Shown here: positions 1 through 9,574 of the stretch, piece by piece
Layout: the number at the start of each line of letters is the position of its first letter
Numbering within the stretch: position 1 is the first letter of the stretch
Assembly (NCBI RefSeq): GCF_015523155.1
Contig: NZ_WAKW01000003.1
Coordinates: forward strand, 3,695-67,694
Source of the DNA: Methanothermococcus sp.
GTDB taxonomy: Archaea > AGJL01 > Methanococci > Methanococcales > Methanococcaceae
DNA: 64,000 bases
Direction: 5' to 3'
Position numbers and translations under genes: made by a program
The notes under the pieces: generated by a model
Seen by the model: only the letters and a program-made list of their open reading frames with translations
Told to the model about the DNA's origin: nothing
Databases searched by the model: none

Positions 1-528
1 TTTGAGGTTTGTTTTTCAAGAGGAATGTTTGACGAATATTTAAATGAATGTAAGGAGCTCGGTTTTGAAGCTGTGGAAATATCCAATGGCTCTATGGATT
101 TAAGCCTAGAAGATAGAAAAAATGCCATAAAAAAGGCAAAGGATGAAGGATTTATCGTTTTAACAGAAGTTGGAAAAAAGAGTATAGAAAAGGACAAGGA
201 ATTAAGCATAATGGATAGAATAAATCTAATAAATGAGGATTTAAAAGCAGGAGCAGATTATGTAATTATCGAGGGTAGAGAAAGCGGAAAATCCATCGGA
301 TTATTCGATAAGGATGGAAATGTAAAGCTGTCTGAATTTGAAACCTTAATTAATCATGTTCCAGTTGAAAAAATCATATTTGAAGCACCAAATAAAAATC
401 AGCAGGTTGAATTTATATTAAAAGTTGGAAATGATGTTAATTTAGGAAATATTGCCTATGACGAAGTAATTTCATTAGAAACCCTTAGAAGAGGATTAAG
501 GGGAGATACTTTTGGAAAAATACAGTGA
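1..528 (+). CDS. comA: Phosphosulfolactate synthase (coenzyme M biosynthesis), 5' truncated by window edge
   Basis: Frame open from base 1; motifs EISNG, TEVGKK, IIEGRESG, FEAP..QQ, NVNLGNI, LETLRRGLRGDT typical of ComA. Confidence 0.9.
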   Translation, partial: FEVCFSRGMFDEYLNECKELGFEAVEISNGSMDLSLEDRKNAIKKAKDEGFIVLTEVGKKSIEKDKELSIMDRINLINEDLKAGADYVIIEGRESGKSIGLFDKDGNVKLSEFETLINHVPVEKIIFEAPNKNQQVEFILKVGNDVNLGNIAYDEVISLETLRRGLRGDTFGKIQ

Positions 529-617
529 AATTTGTAATAGGCAGTAATAATAATTAAAATAATAAAATAATAATTATAAACTAAACGAAATATAATGATA
601 TAAAAATATGTGATACT

Positions 618-1397
618 ATGGATATAAATGAAATTACAATAATTGGCGGATACAACAAATTTGGAGAGCCAGAGGCAGTTAGAGAATTAACTGTAAAAAA
701 AGGAGAAATATTTGGTGTTGTAGGTCCAACAGGTAGTGGAAAATCAAATTTAATAAGCGATATTGAGCAGTTAGCACAGAGGGATACCCTTTCAAGAAGA
801 AAAATATTGATAAACGGGGAAGTCCCGCCGGTTGATATGAGAAGAGACCCAAGAAAAAGAAGGATAGCCCAATTATCCCAAAACATGAACTTTTTAGCAG
901 ACATGACTGTTGAAGAATTCTTATTGATGCACGCAAAAAGTAGGGGCATAGAAAAAGAAGGAATAGTGGATGAAATAATAAATTTGGCAAATAAATTGAC
1001 GGGAGAACCGATTAAAAAGGAATATAATTTAACCATATTAAGCGGCGGTCAATCAAGAAGTTTAATGGTTGCAGATGTGGCAGTTATAAGCGATTCCCCT
1101 ATTGTGTTAATTGATGAGATAGAAAATGCAGGGATTAAAAAGCATGAAGCTTTAGAGCTCCTAGCAGGTTATGGAAAAATTGTGATGGTTATTACCCACG
1201 ACCCAGTTTTAGCACTTATGACAGATAGAAGAGTTGTAATGAAAAACGGTGGGATGACTGAAATCATTGAAACTACCGAGGAAGAAAAGGAGGTTTCAAA
1301 GAAATTAAATAATATAGATAATTGGATGCTGTTAATGAGAGAAAAAATAAGGCATGGCGGTAGATTGGCATTGGAAGATATAGAATTTACAGTATAA
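618..1397 (+). CDS. ABC-type ATPase (no adjacent permease)
   Basis: Walker [10 protein letters not shown]-loop LSQ, signature LSGGQ, Walker B VLIDE, H-loop THD. Confidence 0.9.
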   Translation: MDINEITIIGGYNKFGEPEAVRELTVKKGEIFGVVGPTGSGKSNLISDIEQLAQRDTLSRRKILINGEVPPVDMRRDPRKRRIAQLSQNMNFLADMTVEEFLLMHAKSRGIEKEGIVDEIINLANKLTGEPIKKEYNLTILSGGQSRSLMVADVAVISDSPIVLIDEIENAGIKKHEALELLAGYGKIVMVITHDPVLALMTDRRVVMKNGGMTEIIETTEEEKEVSKKLNNIDNWMLLMREKIRHGGRLALEDIEFTV

Positions 1398-1406
1398 GGT
1401 GAAATA

Positions 1407-2159
1407 ATGGATAATTTAAATAAAATAGATAAAACAAATAAAAAAGATATAAAAATAAGTATAGTGGCTGGAACACCGGGAGCAGGAAAAACTTCTGTAT
1501 TAATACATACAATTAAAAATCTTATGAATGCAGGACATAAACCAGCGGTTGTTAAAATTGACTGTCTTTATACGGATGACGATGTAAGATATGGTAAATT
1601 GGGCATTCCTACTCTTATAGGTCTTAGTAAGGATATGTGTCCAGACCATTTTGCAATATATAATATGGAAGAAATGGTTGAATGGGCAAAAAATCAAGAT
1701 GAAGATATTGACATACTCATAATTGAAACCGCAGGATTGTGCCATAGGTGTGCTCCCTATACAAAAAACAGCCTTGGAATCTGTGTGATAGATGCAACAT
1801 CTGGACCAAATACGCCGAGAAAGGTAGGTCCATTTTTGACAAGTGCCGATGTTGTGGCAATTACAAAAGGAGATATAATTTCTCAGGCAGAAAGGGAAGT
1901 ATTTAGAGAAAGAATTTTAGAGATGAACCCCCATTGTAGAATTTACGATGTAAATGGATTAAGCGGTCAGGGTTGTGGGGAAATAGCCGATGAAATAGCT
2001 GAAACAAAACCATTAGCAAGTTTAGAAAATGAGGAATTAAGGCACAATGCCCCATTATGTATTTGCACCCTTTGTGTTGGAGAAACAAGAGTTTCAAAGA
2101 AATACCACAGAGGAGTTTTAAGAAGAATCGATGGATTTACAAAATACACAGGGGAATAA
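1407..2159 (+). CDS. HypB/UreG-like (G3E-type) GTP-binding protein
   Basis: GTPGAGKT P-loop, ETAG, TKGD guanine-specificity motif; Cys/His clusters CPDH, CHRC, CICTLC. Confidence 0.8.
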   Translation: MDNLNKIDKTNKKDIKISIVAGTPGAGKTSVLIHTIKNLMNAGHKPAVVKIDCLYTDDDVRYGKLGIPTLIGLSKDMCPDHFAIYNMEEMVEWAKNQDEDIDILIIETAGLCHRCAPYTKNSLGICVIDATSGPNTPRKVGPFLTSADVVAITKGDIISQAEREVFRERILEMNPHCRIYDVNGLSGQGCGEIADEIAETKPLASLENEELRHNAPLCICTLCVGETRVSKKYHRGVLRRIDGFTKYTGE

Positions 2160-2160
2160 T

Positions 2161-2835
2161 ATGGATGTAAATAAATTAAATAAAATAATAAAATTGCTTC
2201 CCGGATACAACTGCAAAGCATGCGGTTATAAACGATGCGATATTTTTGCAGAGGAACTTTTAAATGGTGAAACTTCACTGGATAAATGCCCATTTTTATT
2301 TAGGGAAGATTTTAAGGAAAATATGAAAGAATTAAAAGAATTATTAAAGGATGTCGAGTATAAAAAAGAGGTAAAACCAGAAGTGGAAAAAGAAGAAAAA
2401 AAACTCATAGGAGTAATTGATGGGTATGAAGCAGATTTTCTGTTGGACCCGCTACCTAATGAACATTCATGCAGGGAAACTTTAATAATTACAGATAAAA
2501 GACCTTTAAAAATTGGAGATTATATCCAATACAGACCATTAGGCTGTCCGATACCACATTTTGCTAAAATAATTGATGAAAATCATGGATTGTATATTGC
2601 CCATATTGAAGGTCCATGCCATAGAATCACAGGGGAAGAAAAAGAATATATAAACGTAGGTATTGCCATGGTTGTGGCATTTGAAGGCATAGTTATTGGA
2701 AAGGTTCCAGAAGTCGGGCATACTGTTAAGTTTATACCAAATCACTGCATGATGCAAAAGGTTCATTCAGGGGTAGTTGTTGAAGTTGAAGGAAACAGAG
2801 TATATATTGAAGGTATTGATTTAAAGGTATGGTGA
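2161..2835 (+). CDS. (Fe-S)-binding protein
   Basis: N-terminal LPGYNCKACGYKRC...CP putative Fe-S domain; Cys/His-rich C-terminal domain; ATG 2161 directly follows upstream stop. Confidence 0.8.
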   Translation: MDVNKLNKIIKLLPGYNCKACGYKRCDIFAEELLNGETSLDKCPFLFREDFKENMKELKELLKDVEYKKEVKPEVEKEEKKLIGVIDGYEADFLLDPLPNEHSCRETLIITDKRPLKIGDYIQYRPLGCPIPHFAKIIDENHGLYIAHIEGPCHRITGEEKEYINVGIAMVVAFEGIVIGKVPEVGHTVKFIPNHCMMQKVHSGVVVEVEGNRVYIEGIDLKVW

Positions 2836-2914
2836 TTAGAGATTTTAAATCCTCTGGATTTTTATTTATCTTTTTGCTTGTAAATTAGACTAAATCACTT
2901 CGTGATTTCGTTGC

Positions 2915-4132
2915 TCACTTGGCTATGCAGGTGATTTCATTATCCAACATCTTCAAAACCTTTCTAAGAGGTATTTTTAATTCTTCTGCTATTTTTTTGG
3001 CGTCTTCATATTCTGGTTTCATATTTATTATTTTATCATCAATACATGATATTTTCACATTAAATTTAAATTCCTTGCCATTTATATTAATAAAATGGGT
3101 TTTTTCAATTCGCTCTGCCTTTATCCTATCTATCTCTTTTATTCTTACCCCTAATGTTCCAGTTTCTTCCATAAGCATTTTTGCAAGTTTTTCAGATTTT
3201 GCATAATTTGTGATTACAGAAATAATATTGGTGGGTCGGTTTTTCTTTCCGATACCATTTACAACAAATACTTCTTTTGCCCCTTCATTTAGTAGTTTTT
3301 CAAAAAGATTTCCTATAATCTCCCCAGAAACATCATCTACATTGGTTTCAAGCACAACCATGTTTTTTTCTATATTTTTGTTTATTTTTCCTTCAATAAC
3401 TCTTAAAATATTTGGGACTTCTTTTAATATTTTTGAGCCTCCACCATATCCAACTTTTATGGGCGTCATAGGGGGGAAGTTATCCACAATTTCATCAACC
3501 ACATTGGAAAGTACGGCAATGCCCGTTGGTGTAGTATGTTCAAATTTAGTGGCATAAGGTGGATTGGAGTATTTTATACCATGTTTGCATAATATTTCAA
3601 GGGTAGCAGGAGCAGGAACTGATAAAATACCGTGTTCCATACTCACATATCCACCGCCAAGAACTGGGGGTGTGGAGTATATTTTTCCGTTCAAAAATCC
3701 GTTTTTTTCAAGGAGCATTACGCTTCCAACAACATCAAAAACTGTATCAAGGGATGCCACTTCGTGAAGGTGGAAGTCGGTTTTATGGAGCTTTTTTTCG
3801 GCAGATATTAAATCGTCTATAATATTACAGATTATGTTCTTTGCCCTTTTGGATAAATTCAAATTATTAGAAACTTCCTTAACGGCATCTTTTAAATCTT
3901 CTGGGCGGTGAAATCTATCTTCAATTATATTCATATAAAGCTTTTTTACCACTATACCGTTTATTTTTTCTTCCTTAATATTTACTTCAAATTTTTTGCA
4001 GTTTTTTAGATTGTTGATGGTGGAGGTGAGCTCACATAATAAATCAATATCATCGGTTAAATCAATAAGTGCAGATATGAACATATCACCGGATATTCCA
4101 GATATTTTGGGGTCTATAATTAGAGTTTTCAT
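2915..4132 (-). CDS. larC: LarC-family nickel insertion protein
   Basis: SGISGDM, FHLHEV..LD, HGILSVPAPATLEI, TPTG, LETNVDD motifs. Confidence 0.9.
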   Translation of the reverse strand: MKTLIIDPKISGISGDMFISALIDLTDDIDLLCELTSTINNLKNCKKFEVNIKEEKINGIVVKKLYMNIIEDRFHRPEDLKDAVKEVSNNLNLSKRAKNIICNIIDDLISAEKKLHKTDFHLHEVASLDTVFDVVGSVMLLEKNGFLNGKIYSTPPVLGGGYVSMEHGILSVPAPATLEILCKHGIKYSNPPYATKFEHTTPTGIAVLSNVVDEIVDNFPPMTPIKVGYGGGSKILKEVPNILRVIEGKINKNIEKNMVVLETNVDDVSGEIIGNLFEKLLNEGAKEVFVVNGIGKKNRPTNIISVITNYAKSEKLAKMLMEETGTLGVRIKEIDRIKAERIEKTHFININGKEFKFNVKISCIDDKIINMKPEYEDAKKIAEELKIPLRKVLKMLDNEITCIAK

Positions 4133-4217
4133 ACTATCACTTTTTTATATTAAATGAAGGAAATAATATTTAAAATATATTCCTATTTTAATCTTTAATT
4201 TAATAAATTATACGTAT

Positions 4218-5042
4218 ATGTTATATGATTATCATCGTGATATTATGTATATCTTAAAAGTGGCATATGATGAATATAATTATGGATTCCAATCTCAACC
4301 ACATAAAGAAACCGTTTGTGATAAAATAATGGATGCTTTAAGAGAATGTAATTATTTAGCAAATGATAAAATAATTTTTTATGGTGGAAGGACTGATAAA
4401 GGCGTTTCTGCAATTGGAAATTTTATAGTGGTGGAATTAAACCAAGAGCCGATTTTATCCTATATTTATTCAAAATTAAAAAATAAAGGAATTTGGATTT
4501 TAGGCTACAACAAAATAAATGCCATTCCAGAGGTAAAATATAGACATTATAGGTATATATTGCCTAATATGCTATATGATGATGAATATAATATTGATTT
4601 AATGAAGGAGGCTTCAAAAAAAATCATAGGAACGCATTCATTCCATAACCTATCAAAAAGAGATAGAACAAAGGAAAAAAGCCCCATTAGGACAATATAT
4701 GATATAAAAATTGATGAAAATCCATATTATATTACAATTGATGTTATCGGCAAAAGTTTCCTGTGGAATATGGTAAGAAAAATAATTACTGCACTATCCG
4801 AGGTGGGAAAAGAAAATAAATCTTTGGGATGGATAGATGAACTCCTGTGTGAAAACTATAAAGAGGGCGTAGCACCGGCACCAGCAGAGGGGCTTATACT
4901 GATGGATGCAAAAACTGATGTAGATTATATTTACGATAGCTATGTGTTAAATAGATTTAAAAGGGAGTGGATGGAAAACTATAAAAAAACAACCATGAAA
5001 TTAGGAGTATGTAGAAATATGGTAAATTCGTTTAATATATAA
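4218..5042 (+). CDS. truA: tRNA pseudouridine(38-40) synthase
   Basis: YGFQSQP, GRTDKGVSA catalytic motif, GTHSFHN, FLWNMVRKI. Confidence 0.92.
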   Translation: MLYDYHRDIMYILKVAYDEYNYGFQSQPHKETVCDKIMDALRECNYLANDKIIFYGGRTDKGVSAIGNFIVVELNQEPILSYIYSKLKNKGIWILGYNKINAIPEVKYRHYRYILPNMLYDDEYNIDLMKEASKKIIGTHSFHNLSKRDRTKEKSPIRTIYDIKIDENPYYITIDVIGKSFLWNMVRKIITALSEVGKENKSLGWIDELLCENYKEGVAPAPAEGLILMDAKTDVDYIYDSYVLNRFKREWMENYKKTTMKLGVCRNMVNSFNI

Positions 5043-5050
5043 AAAGAGTA

Positions 5051-5258
5051 GTGAATTACTCCCCTCCGTCTTAAAATGGACTCTCCCATCGCAAATCTTT
5101 ATTTGCGAGCTAAAATCCAAAGGATTTTTTAATCCCTTATCTTCGCGAAGCGAGGGGATTAAACAGAATGCTTCGCATTTTGTAGCTCACCAACTTTGTT
5201 GGTGATTTTAAAAATCTTTGATTTTTAAGACGGAAGGGGACTTCTTGCGGAATAAGTT
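5051..5258 (-). mobile_element. Non-autonomous hairpin-array element, copy A (IS200/IS605-end-like termini)
   Basis: Outer inverted repeat 5061-5076/5223-5239 encloses six short hairpins; termini GTGAATTACT and GAAGGGGACTTCTTGCGGAATAAGTT shared with copies at 23886-24215 and 61457-61871. Confidence 0.7.
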
Positions 5259-5261
5259 AAA

Positions 5262-5900
5262 TCATGCTCTTTTATTCTTACTCAATGCGATAATTCCATT
5301 GGCAATTGACACTGCAACAGGAGTTCCCCCTTTTGCCCCTACTGTGGTTATAGATGGAATATTGGTATGTCTTAACGCCTCTTTTGACTCGCCTGCTTTT
5401 ACAAAACCAACCGGAGCTCCGATAACAAGTTTTGGTTTTATGTCCTCTTCATTTATCAATCTAATTACTTCAAATAGTGCAGTAGGTGCATTACCTATTA
5501 CAACAATACCTCCGTTTATAAGTTTTTTTGCAACCCTCATAGATGCCATAGCTCTTGTAATTTGCTCCTTTTTAGCCATTTTATAAGTTTCTCTATCGTT
5601 TATAAAGTTATGCAAATTATCGTATCTAATACCGGCTTTAACCATATTAACATCAACAACTATTGGTTTTTTATTTTTAATTGCTTCAATGCCATTTTCT
5701 ACTGGGTTATTTTTAAAAACTAAAAGTTTTGCATATTCTTCATCTGCTGTGGCATGCACAACCCTTTCCATTATTGTCAGTTCTTCATTGGAGTACTCTT
5801 TTAATTTATCACCCAAAACACATTTTATTTTATTTCTTACAATTTCCCTAGATTTCTCAGCAATATTTAATCCATCCTTTGTTGTAGCTCCCATAAACAT
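5262..5900 (-). CDS. cbiC: Precorrin-8X/cobalt-precorrin-8 methylmutase
   Basis: RVVHATAD, DVNMV, TRAMASM, IGNAPTAL, PVGFV, KGGTPVA motifs. Confidence 0.92.
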   Translation of the reverse strand: MFMGATTKDGLNIAEKSREIVRNKIKCVLGDKLKEYSNEELTIMERVVHATADEEYAKLLVFKNNPVENGIEAIKNKKPIVVDVNMVKAGIRYDNLHNFINDRETYKMAKKEQITRAMASMRVAKKLINGGIVVIGNAPTALFEVIRLINEEDIKPKLVIGAPVGFVKAGESKEALRHTNIPSITTVGAKGGTPVAVSIANGIIALSKNKRA

Positions 5901-5924
5901 AATATCATCTTTTTAACTTATTAT

Positions 5925-6200
5925 TTATTCTACTGTTTTTAAAATTGTTTTTGTACTACCATCTGATTTTGTATGAACAAATTCTATTAAATCATTAACT
6001 ACCTTTGATAATTCGAGCTCTACGAGTCCTATCAAATCATTGTCAGAATCCAATCTAAAAAATGTACCATCTTTGCTAATGACTGTCCCTTCTAAATGGC
6101 ATCTTCCAAAGTATGCTTCTATATAATCTCCTTCATCGACAGTATCGATATAATTGTATAACTCATTTTCTTCATTAACAACTATTTCAATAATTTTCAT
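5925..6200 (-). CDS. Small conserved hypothetical protein (DUF2097-like)
   Basis: 91-aa acidic ORF with DYIEAYFGRCHLEG; family recalled, not searched. Confidence 0.6.
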   Translation of the reverse strand: MKIIEIVVNEENELYNYIDTVDEGDYIEAYFGRCHLEGTVISKDGTFFRLDSDNDLIGLVELELSKVVNDLIEFVHTKSDGSTKTILKTVE

Positions 6201-6255
6201 AATATCCCTTTTTTTATTTTTAATTAAATTAATTATTTATATGCATTTAAGAATA

Positions 6256-7074
6256 TTAAACGCCCATTACTGTTCTAAATAAATCCCTAAGTCCCGGAGC
6301 AAGTCCCAAAGCCATTATAGCTATTTTTAAAATATTTCTAAAATCTTTGTTATCCACCTCTCTGTTTATAATATAAAGTACAGATATAACCACAATAAGT
6401 TTTAAAGGTATCATCACATAAGGTCCAAAAGCATCCATGAAGAATCTTGGTATAGGGTGCTGTTCCCAATACCCATATACTCCAATACCAATTGCTGTTG
6501 CTGATGCATCTGTTAATTGTGAAAATATGGCATATTTATCCAAAATATCAAATTTTAATCTATTCTTTAAAAATCCTATCTTTTCAATAGACCATACTAC
6601 AATAGAGCATATAATAGCCACCAAACCAAACACATAAAAAAATGCTTCTACATGCATCATATTTTTTAAAAATATACTTAGTAAATAGATTGTTGGAATT
6701 ATTGCCATTATCAAAGCTAAAATATGATACCTTCCTTTGAGTAATAGCCTAGAAAGTATTATAGATACCATATAATATAACCCAACCAAAATCACAATAC
6801 CGGGTGTTACTGTATAGTATGAGTGAGGTATATATCCTGCATCAACAAGAGCCCTCATTAATGATATTAGAACAATATAAAATATGGTTATATATGCAAA
6901 CTTGTTATCCAAGGATATATTTAACAATTTACAAATTTTAAAAAAAATATACACCATAACAAACAATAATATACCATAGGTAATCTCTTGAATGGAATTA
7001 TATCCTGATTTCATTTTGATAGGTTCTATATAATATTTATAAATAAACTCTAAAAATGATTCTTTTAAATCCAT
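6256..7074 (-). CDS. DUF63-family membrane protein
   Basis: Multiple hydrophobic segments; DASATAIG, EQHPIP, LGLAPGLRD motifs. Confidence 0.75.
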   Translation of the reverse strand: MDLKESFLEFIYKYYIEPIKMKSGYNSIQEITYGILLFVMVYIFFKICKLLNISLDNKFAYITIFYIVLISLMRALVDAGYIPHSYYTVTPGIVILVGLYYMVSIILSRLLLKGRYHILALIMAIIPTIYLLSIFLKNMMHVEAFFYVFGLVAIICSIVVWSIEKIGFLKNRLKFDILDKYAIFSQLTDASATAIGIGVYGYWEQHPIPRFFMDAFGPYVMIPLKLIVVISVLYIINREVDNKDFRNILKIAIMALGLAPGLRDLFRTVMGV

Positions 7075-7151
7075 TAAATCACCATATAAATATTATTATA
7101 TTAAATATTTTAAACTATATTATATAAATATAGAATTGTTTTGGTGATATT

Positions 7152-7487
7152 ATGAAAATAATAAATGCTAAAATGTTAAAAATATACTTAAAAGAAACTG
7201 ACAAATATAAAGGAATAGCCCTGTATAGATATATATTAAAAAAACTTAAAGAGAATAGAGTTGCGGGAGCTACTGTATTGAGAGGATTTTGTGGCTATGG
7301 TATAAGGGGAATCTCTGAGGCTGACATTATAAGACTTTCTATGGATTTACCTATAATAATAGAATGTATCGAATATGAGGATAAGTTGGTAAAAATATTG
7401 CCTGAATTAGTTGAAATAATTGGAGAAAATGGAGTTATAAGTATTACAGATGTCAAGGTTATAAAAAATAAAAATAATAAAAAATAA
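7152..7487 (+). CDS. DUF190 (PII-like) protein
   Basis: IYLKETDKY, GATVLRG..GYG, LSMDLPIIIE motifs. Confidence 0.85.
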   Translation: MKIINAKMLKIYLKETDKYKGIALYRYILKKLKENRVAGATVLRGFCGYGIRGISEADIIRLSMDLPIIIECIEYEDKLVKILPELVEIIGENGVISITDVKVIKNKNNKK

Positions 7488-7534
7488 TAAAAAATGAAAA
7501 TATAAAAAATAATATAAAAAAGGTATTTTTCAGG

Positions 7535-8611
7535 GTGTTATTTTTGGATTTTTCATATTTACTTAGTAAAAAACATAAAATTTGCAAAAAGATAGAATCT
7601 CTTAATGTAGATTTTGATATTGATAGATACTGGGTTTCACAGGACTTTGAAAATCCATCGTACTGTGTATTTGCCGGTGGAGATGGTAGTTTTAATAAAA
7701 TAGATTATGTTGATTATTGTCTTTATTCAGTAGGTGCTGTATCTTATATAAACAAAGTTGGAGAGAAAATAGAAGAATCCATTTCCTATTGGGATACAGA
7801 TATAATACTACCGTATAGATACATATCAAATAGGCTTAGGCTTTATATGATAAATATGGAGTTAAAAACTGCACTATGGAATTTTAAAAATAAAAATATT
7901 GATTACTATCTATTTGATGGCTCATTGTATTCTCTTTTAATCCAAACCCACACCTATGGAACCATTGTTGAAAATAAAAATGAAGAAAATGAAAAATCTA
8001 TTATAGATTATTATAATGAATACAGTCATGAAATTAAAAGCAGAATTCTTGAAAATATCCATGAAAATCGGCTTATTCCAACTCTAGCCCTAAACAAAAA
8101 TGATAGAGAAAGAATAATATTTGAACAGCTTGAATATATAGTTCTTTTAATAGAGATCCTAAAGAAATATGGTAAAAAAATAATTGGTATCTCAAAAACT
8201 TCAAAAATGAATTTGTATTTTAAAGAATCTAATATTCCTGATATTGCGGTGTTTTCAAAAGTAAACGGAACAGGATATTCAAAACCATTAAATTTAACAG
8301 ATGGAAGAATAAAGGAGATAAATAGAAATGTATATTATACTATAAATCACTTAAAAAAATTTGGGTATAATGTAGATGAAATATACTATCAATTTTTAAG
8401 GTTGGATAGTGGAGCAGGCGTGTTGAACATTACTTCATTTTCAAAATTAAATAATGACTTCTTTTCAAATTTAAATGAAATATCCATTGGAGGATATCCA
8501 TATATATTAAAAAAATCCCATGAAACTGTAAAGATAGGTGATAAAGATATGGAGCTCTGTGCTAAATTATTGGGCATATACAATAAAAGTGATAGAAATT
8601 TAATACTTTAA
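7535..8611 (+). CDS. nurA: NurA-domain nuclease (start uncertain)
   Basis: AGGDGS, LFDGSL, IGISKTS, GYPYILKKSHE motifs. Confidence 0.8.
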   Translation: MLFLDFSYLLSKKHKICKKIESLNVDFDIDRYWVSQDFENPSYCVFAGGDGSFNKIDYVDYCLYSVGAVSYINKVGEKIEESISYWDTDIILPYRYISNRLRLYMINMELKTALWNFKNKNIDYYLFDGSLYSLLIQTHTYGTIVENKNEENEKSIIDYYNEYSHEIKSRILENIHENRLIPTLALNKNDRERIIFEQLEYIVLLIEILKKYGKKIIGISKTSKMNLYFKESNIPDIAVFSKVNGTGYSKPLNLTDGRIKEINRNVYYTINHLKKFGYNVDEIYYQFLRLDSGAGVLNITSFSKLNNDFFSNLNEISIGGYPYILKKSHETVKIGDKDMELCAKLLGIYNKSDRNLIL

Positions 8612-8695
8612 TATCTATTTTATTTTATATTTATAATACGAAAAAAATTTAAAAAATCATCTATTTTAATATAATTTAATCGACATATAACGAAC

Positions 8696-8730
8696 AAAAG
8701 TTTCTTTTAAATCGAAACTTTTATATAATA
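8696..8730 (+). promoter_or_regulatory. BRE/TATA promoter with overlapping 9-bp inverted repeat
   Basis: AAAAGTTTC-N9-GAAACTTTT (8696-8722) overlapping TTTTATATATAA, about 20 bp before ATG 8749. Confidence 0.45.
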
Positions 8731-8748
8731 TGGAGTATATTTGAAATT

Positions 8749-9489
8749 ATGGAAAAAATAAAAGTGCATATTATAGGAGATATTGTATTGTCCGACAACA
8801 TAGGGAAGAGTATGAAAAAATGGAGGGAAATGTTTAATATCCCTCAAATATATGTTGCTAGATATTTAGATTTATCTCCATCAGTTATAAGTGATTACGA
8901 AACTGGTAGGAGGAAAAATCCAGGAGTAAATATCGTAAAAAGATATGTTGATGCATTAGTTGAACTTGACAAAGAAAACGGAGGGCATATAATAAGAGCC
9001 CTTCAAAAGGTTTTAAATCCTCCATCAATGAAAGCTATTCTTCAAATAAGAGAATATAGAGACCCGATAGCTATTAAAGAATTCTTAAACATTATAGATG
9101 GGAAAATTGCGGTAGGAAATCGAAAAATTTCAAAAATTTCAAAATCTTCTGAGATTCAAGAGTTAGAAAACAAGTTAAATAGTCAAATATTTGGTCATAC
9201 AGTTGTAGATAGTATAAGGGCAATATTGGAAATGGATGGACAGGATTTTTTAAATCTATACGGTTGGACTACCGAAAGGGCATTGATATTTACAAATGTT
9301 TCATCTGGGAGAAGTCCAATGGTTGCCATAAGAGTGAGCTCTATAAAACCAAGACTGGTAGTTCTTCAAGGTATATTTCACTTAGATAAATTGGCACTAA
9401 AAATAGCAGAAATTGAAGGAATACCTCTTATTATAACAAAACTTAATATTGATGAACTATTAAAGAGATTAAAGGGAATATCAAATTAA
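8749..9489 (+). CDS. XRE-type HTH transcriptional regulator with C-terminal DRTGG-like domain
   Basis: MKKWREMFNIPQ..VA..LDLSPSVISDYETGRRKNPG HTH; GRSPMVAIRV. Confidence 0.8.
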   Translation: MEKIKVHIIGDIVLSDNIGKSMKKWREMFNIPQIYVARYLDLSPSVISDYETGRRKNPGVNIVKRYVDALVELDKENGGHIIRALQKVLNPPSMKAILQIREYRDPIAIKEFLNIIDGKIAVGNRKISKISKSSEIQELENKLNSQIFGHTVVDSIRAILEMDGQDFLNLYGWTTERALIFTNVSSGRSPMVAIRVSSIKPRLVVLQGIFHLDKLALKIAEIEGIPLIITKLNIDELLKRLKGISN

Positions 9490-9574
9490 TATTACGTATA
9501 ATGAATTTATTTTAATGTTTATTTTTGTTTTTATTTATTTTTAATTTATTTATATTATTAAAAAAGGTGATTAC

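Noticed and set aside
2833-2835. TGA stops of the Fe-S gene, comA and minD as possible Sec codons
   Set aside because: No conserved continuation in frame and no GAA/A SECIS-like hairpin seen nearby
5051-5258. Hairpin arrays considered as a CRISPR array
   Set aside because: No constant-length direct repeats with unique spacers and no cas genes; no CRISPR array seen in the window
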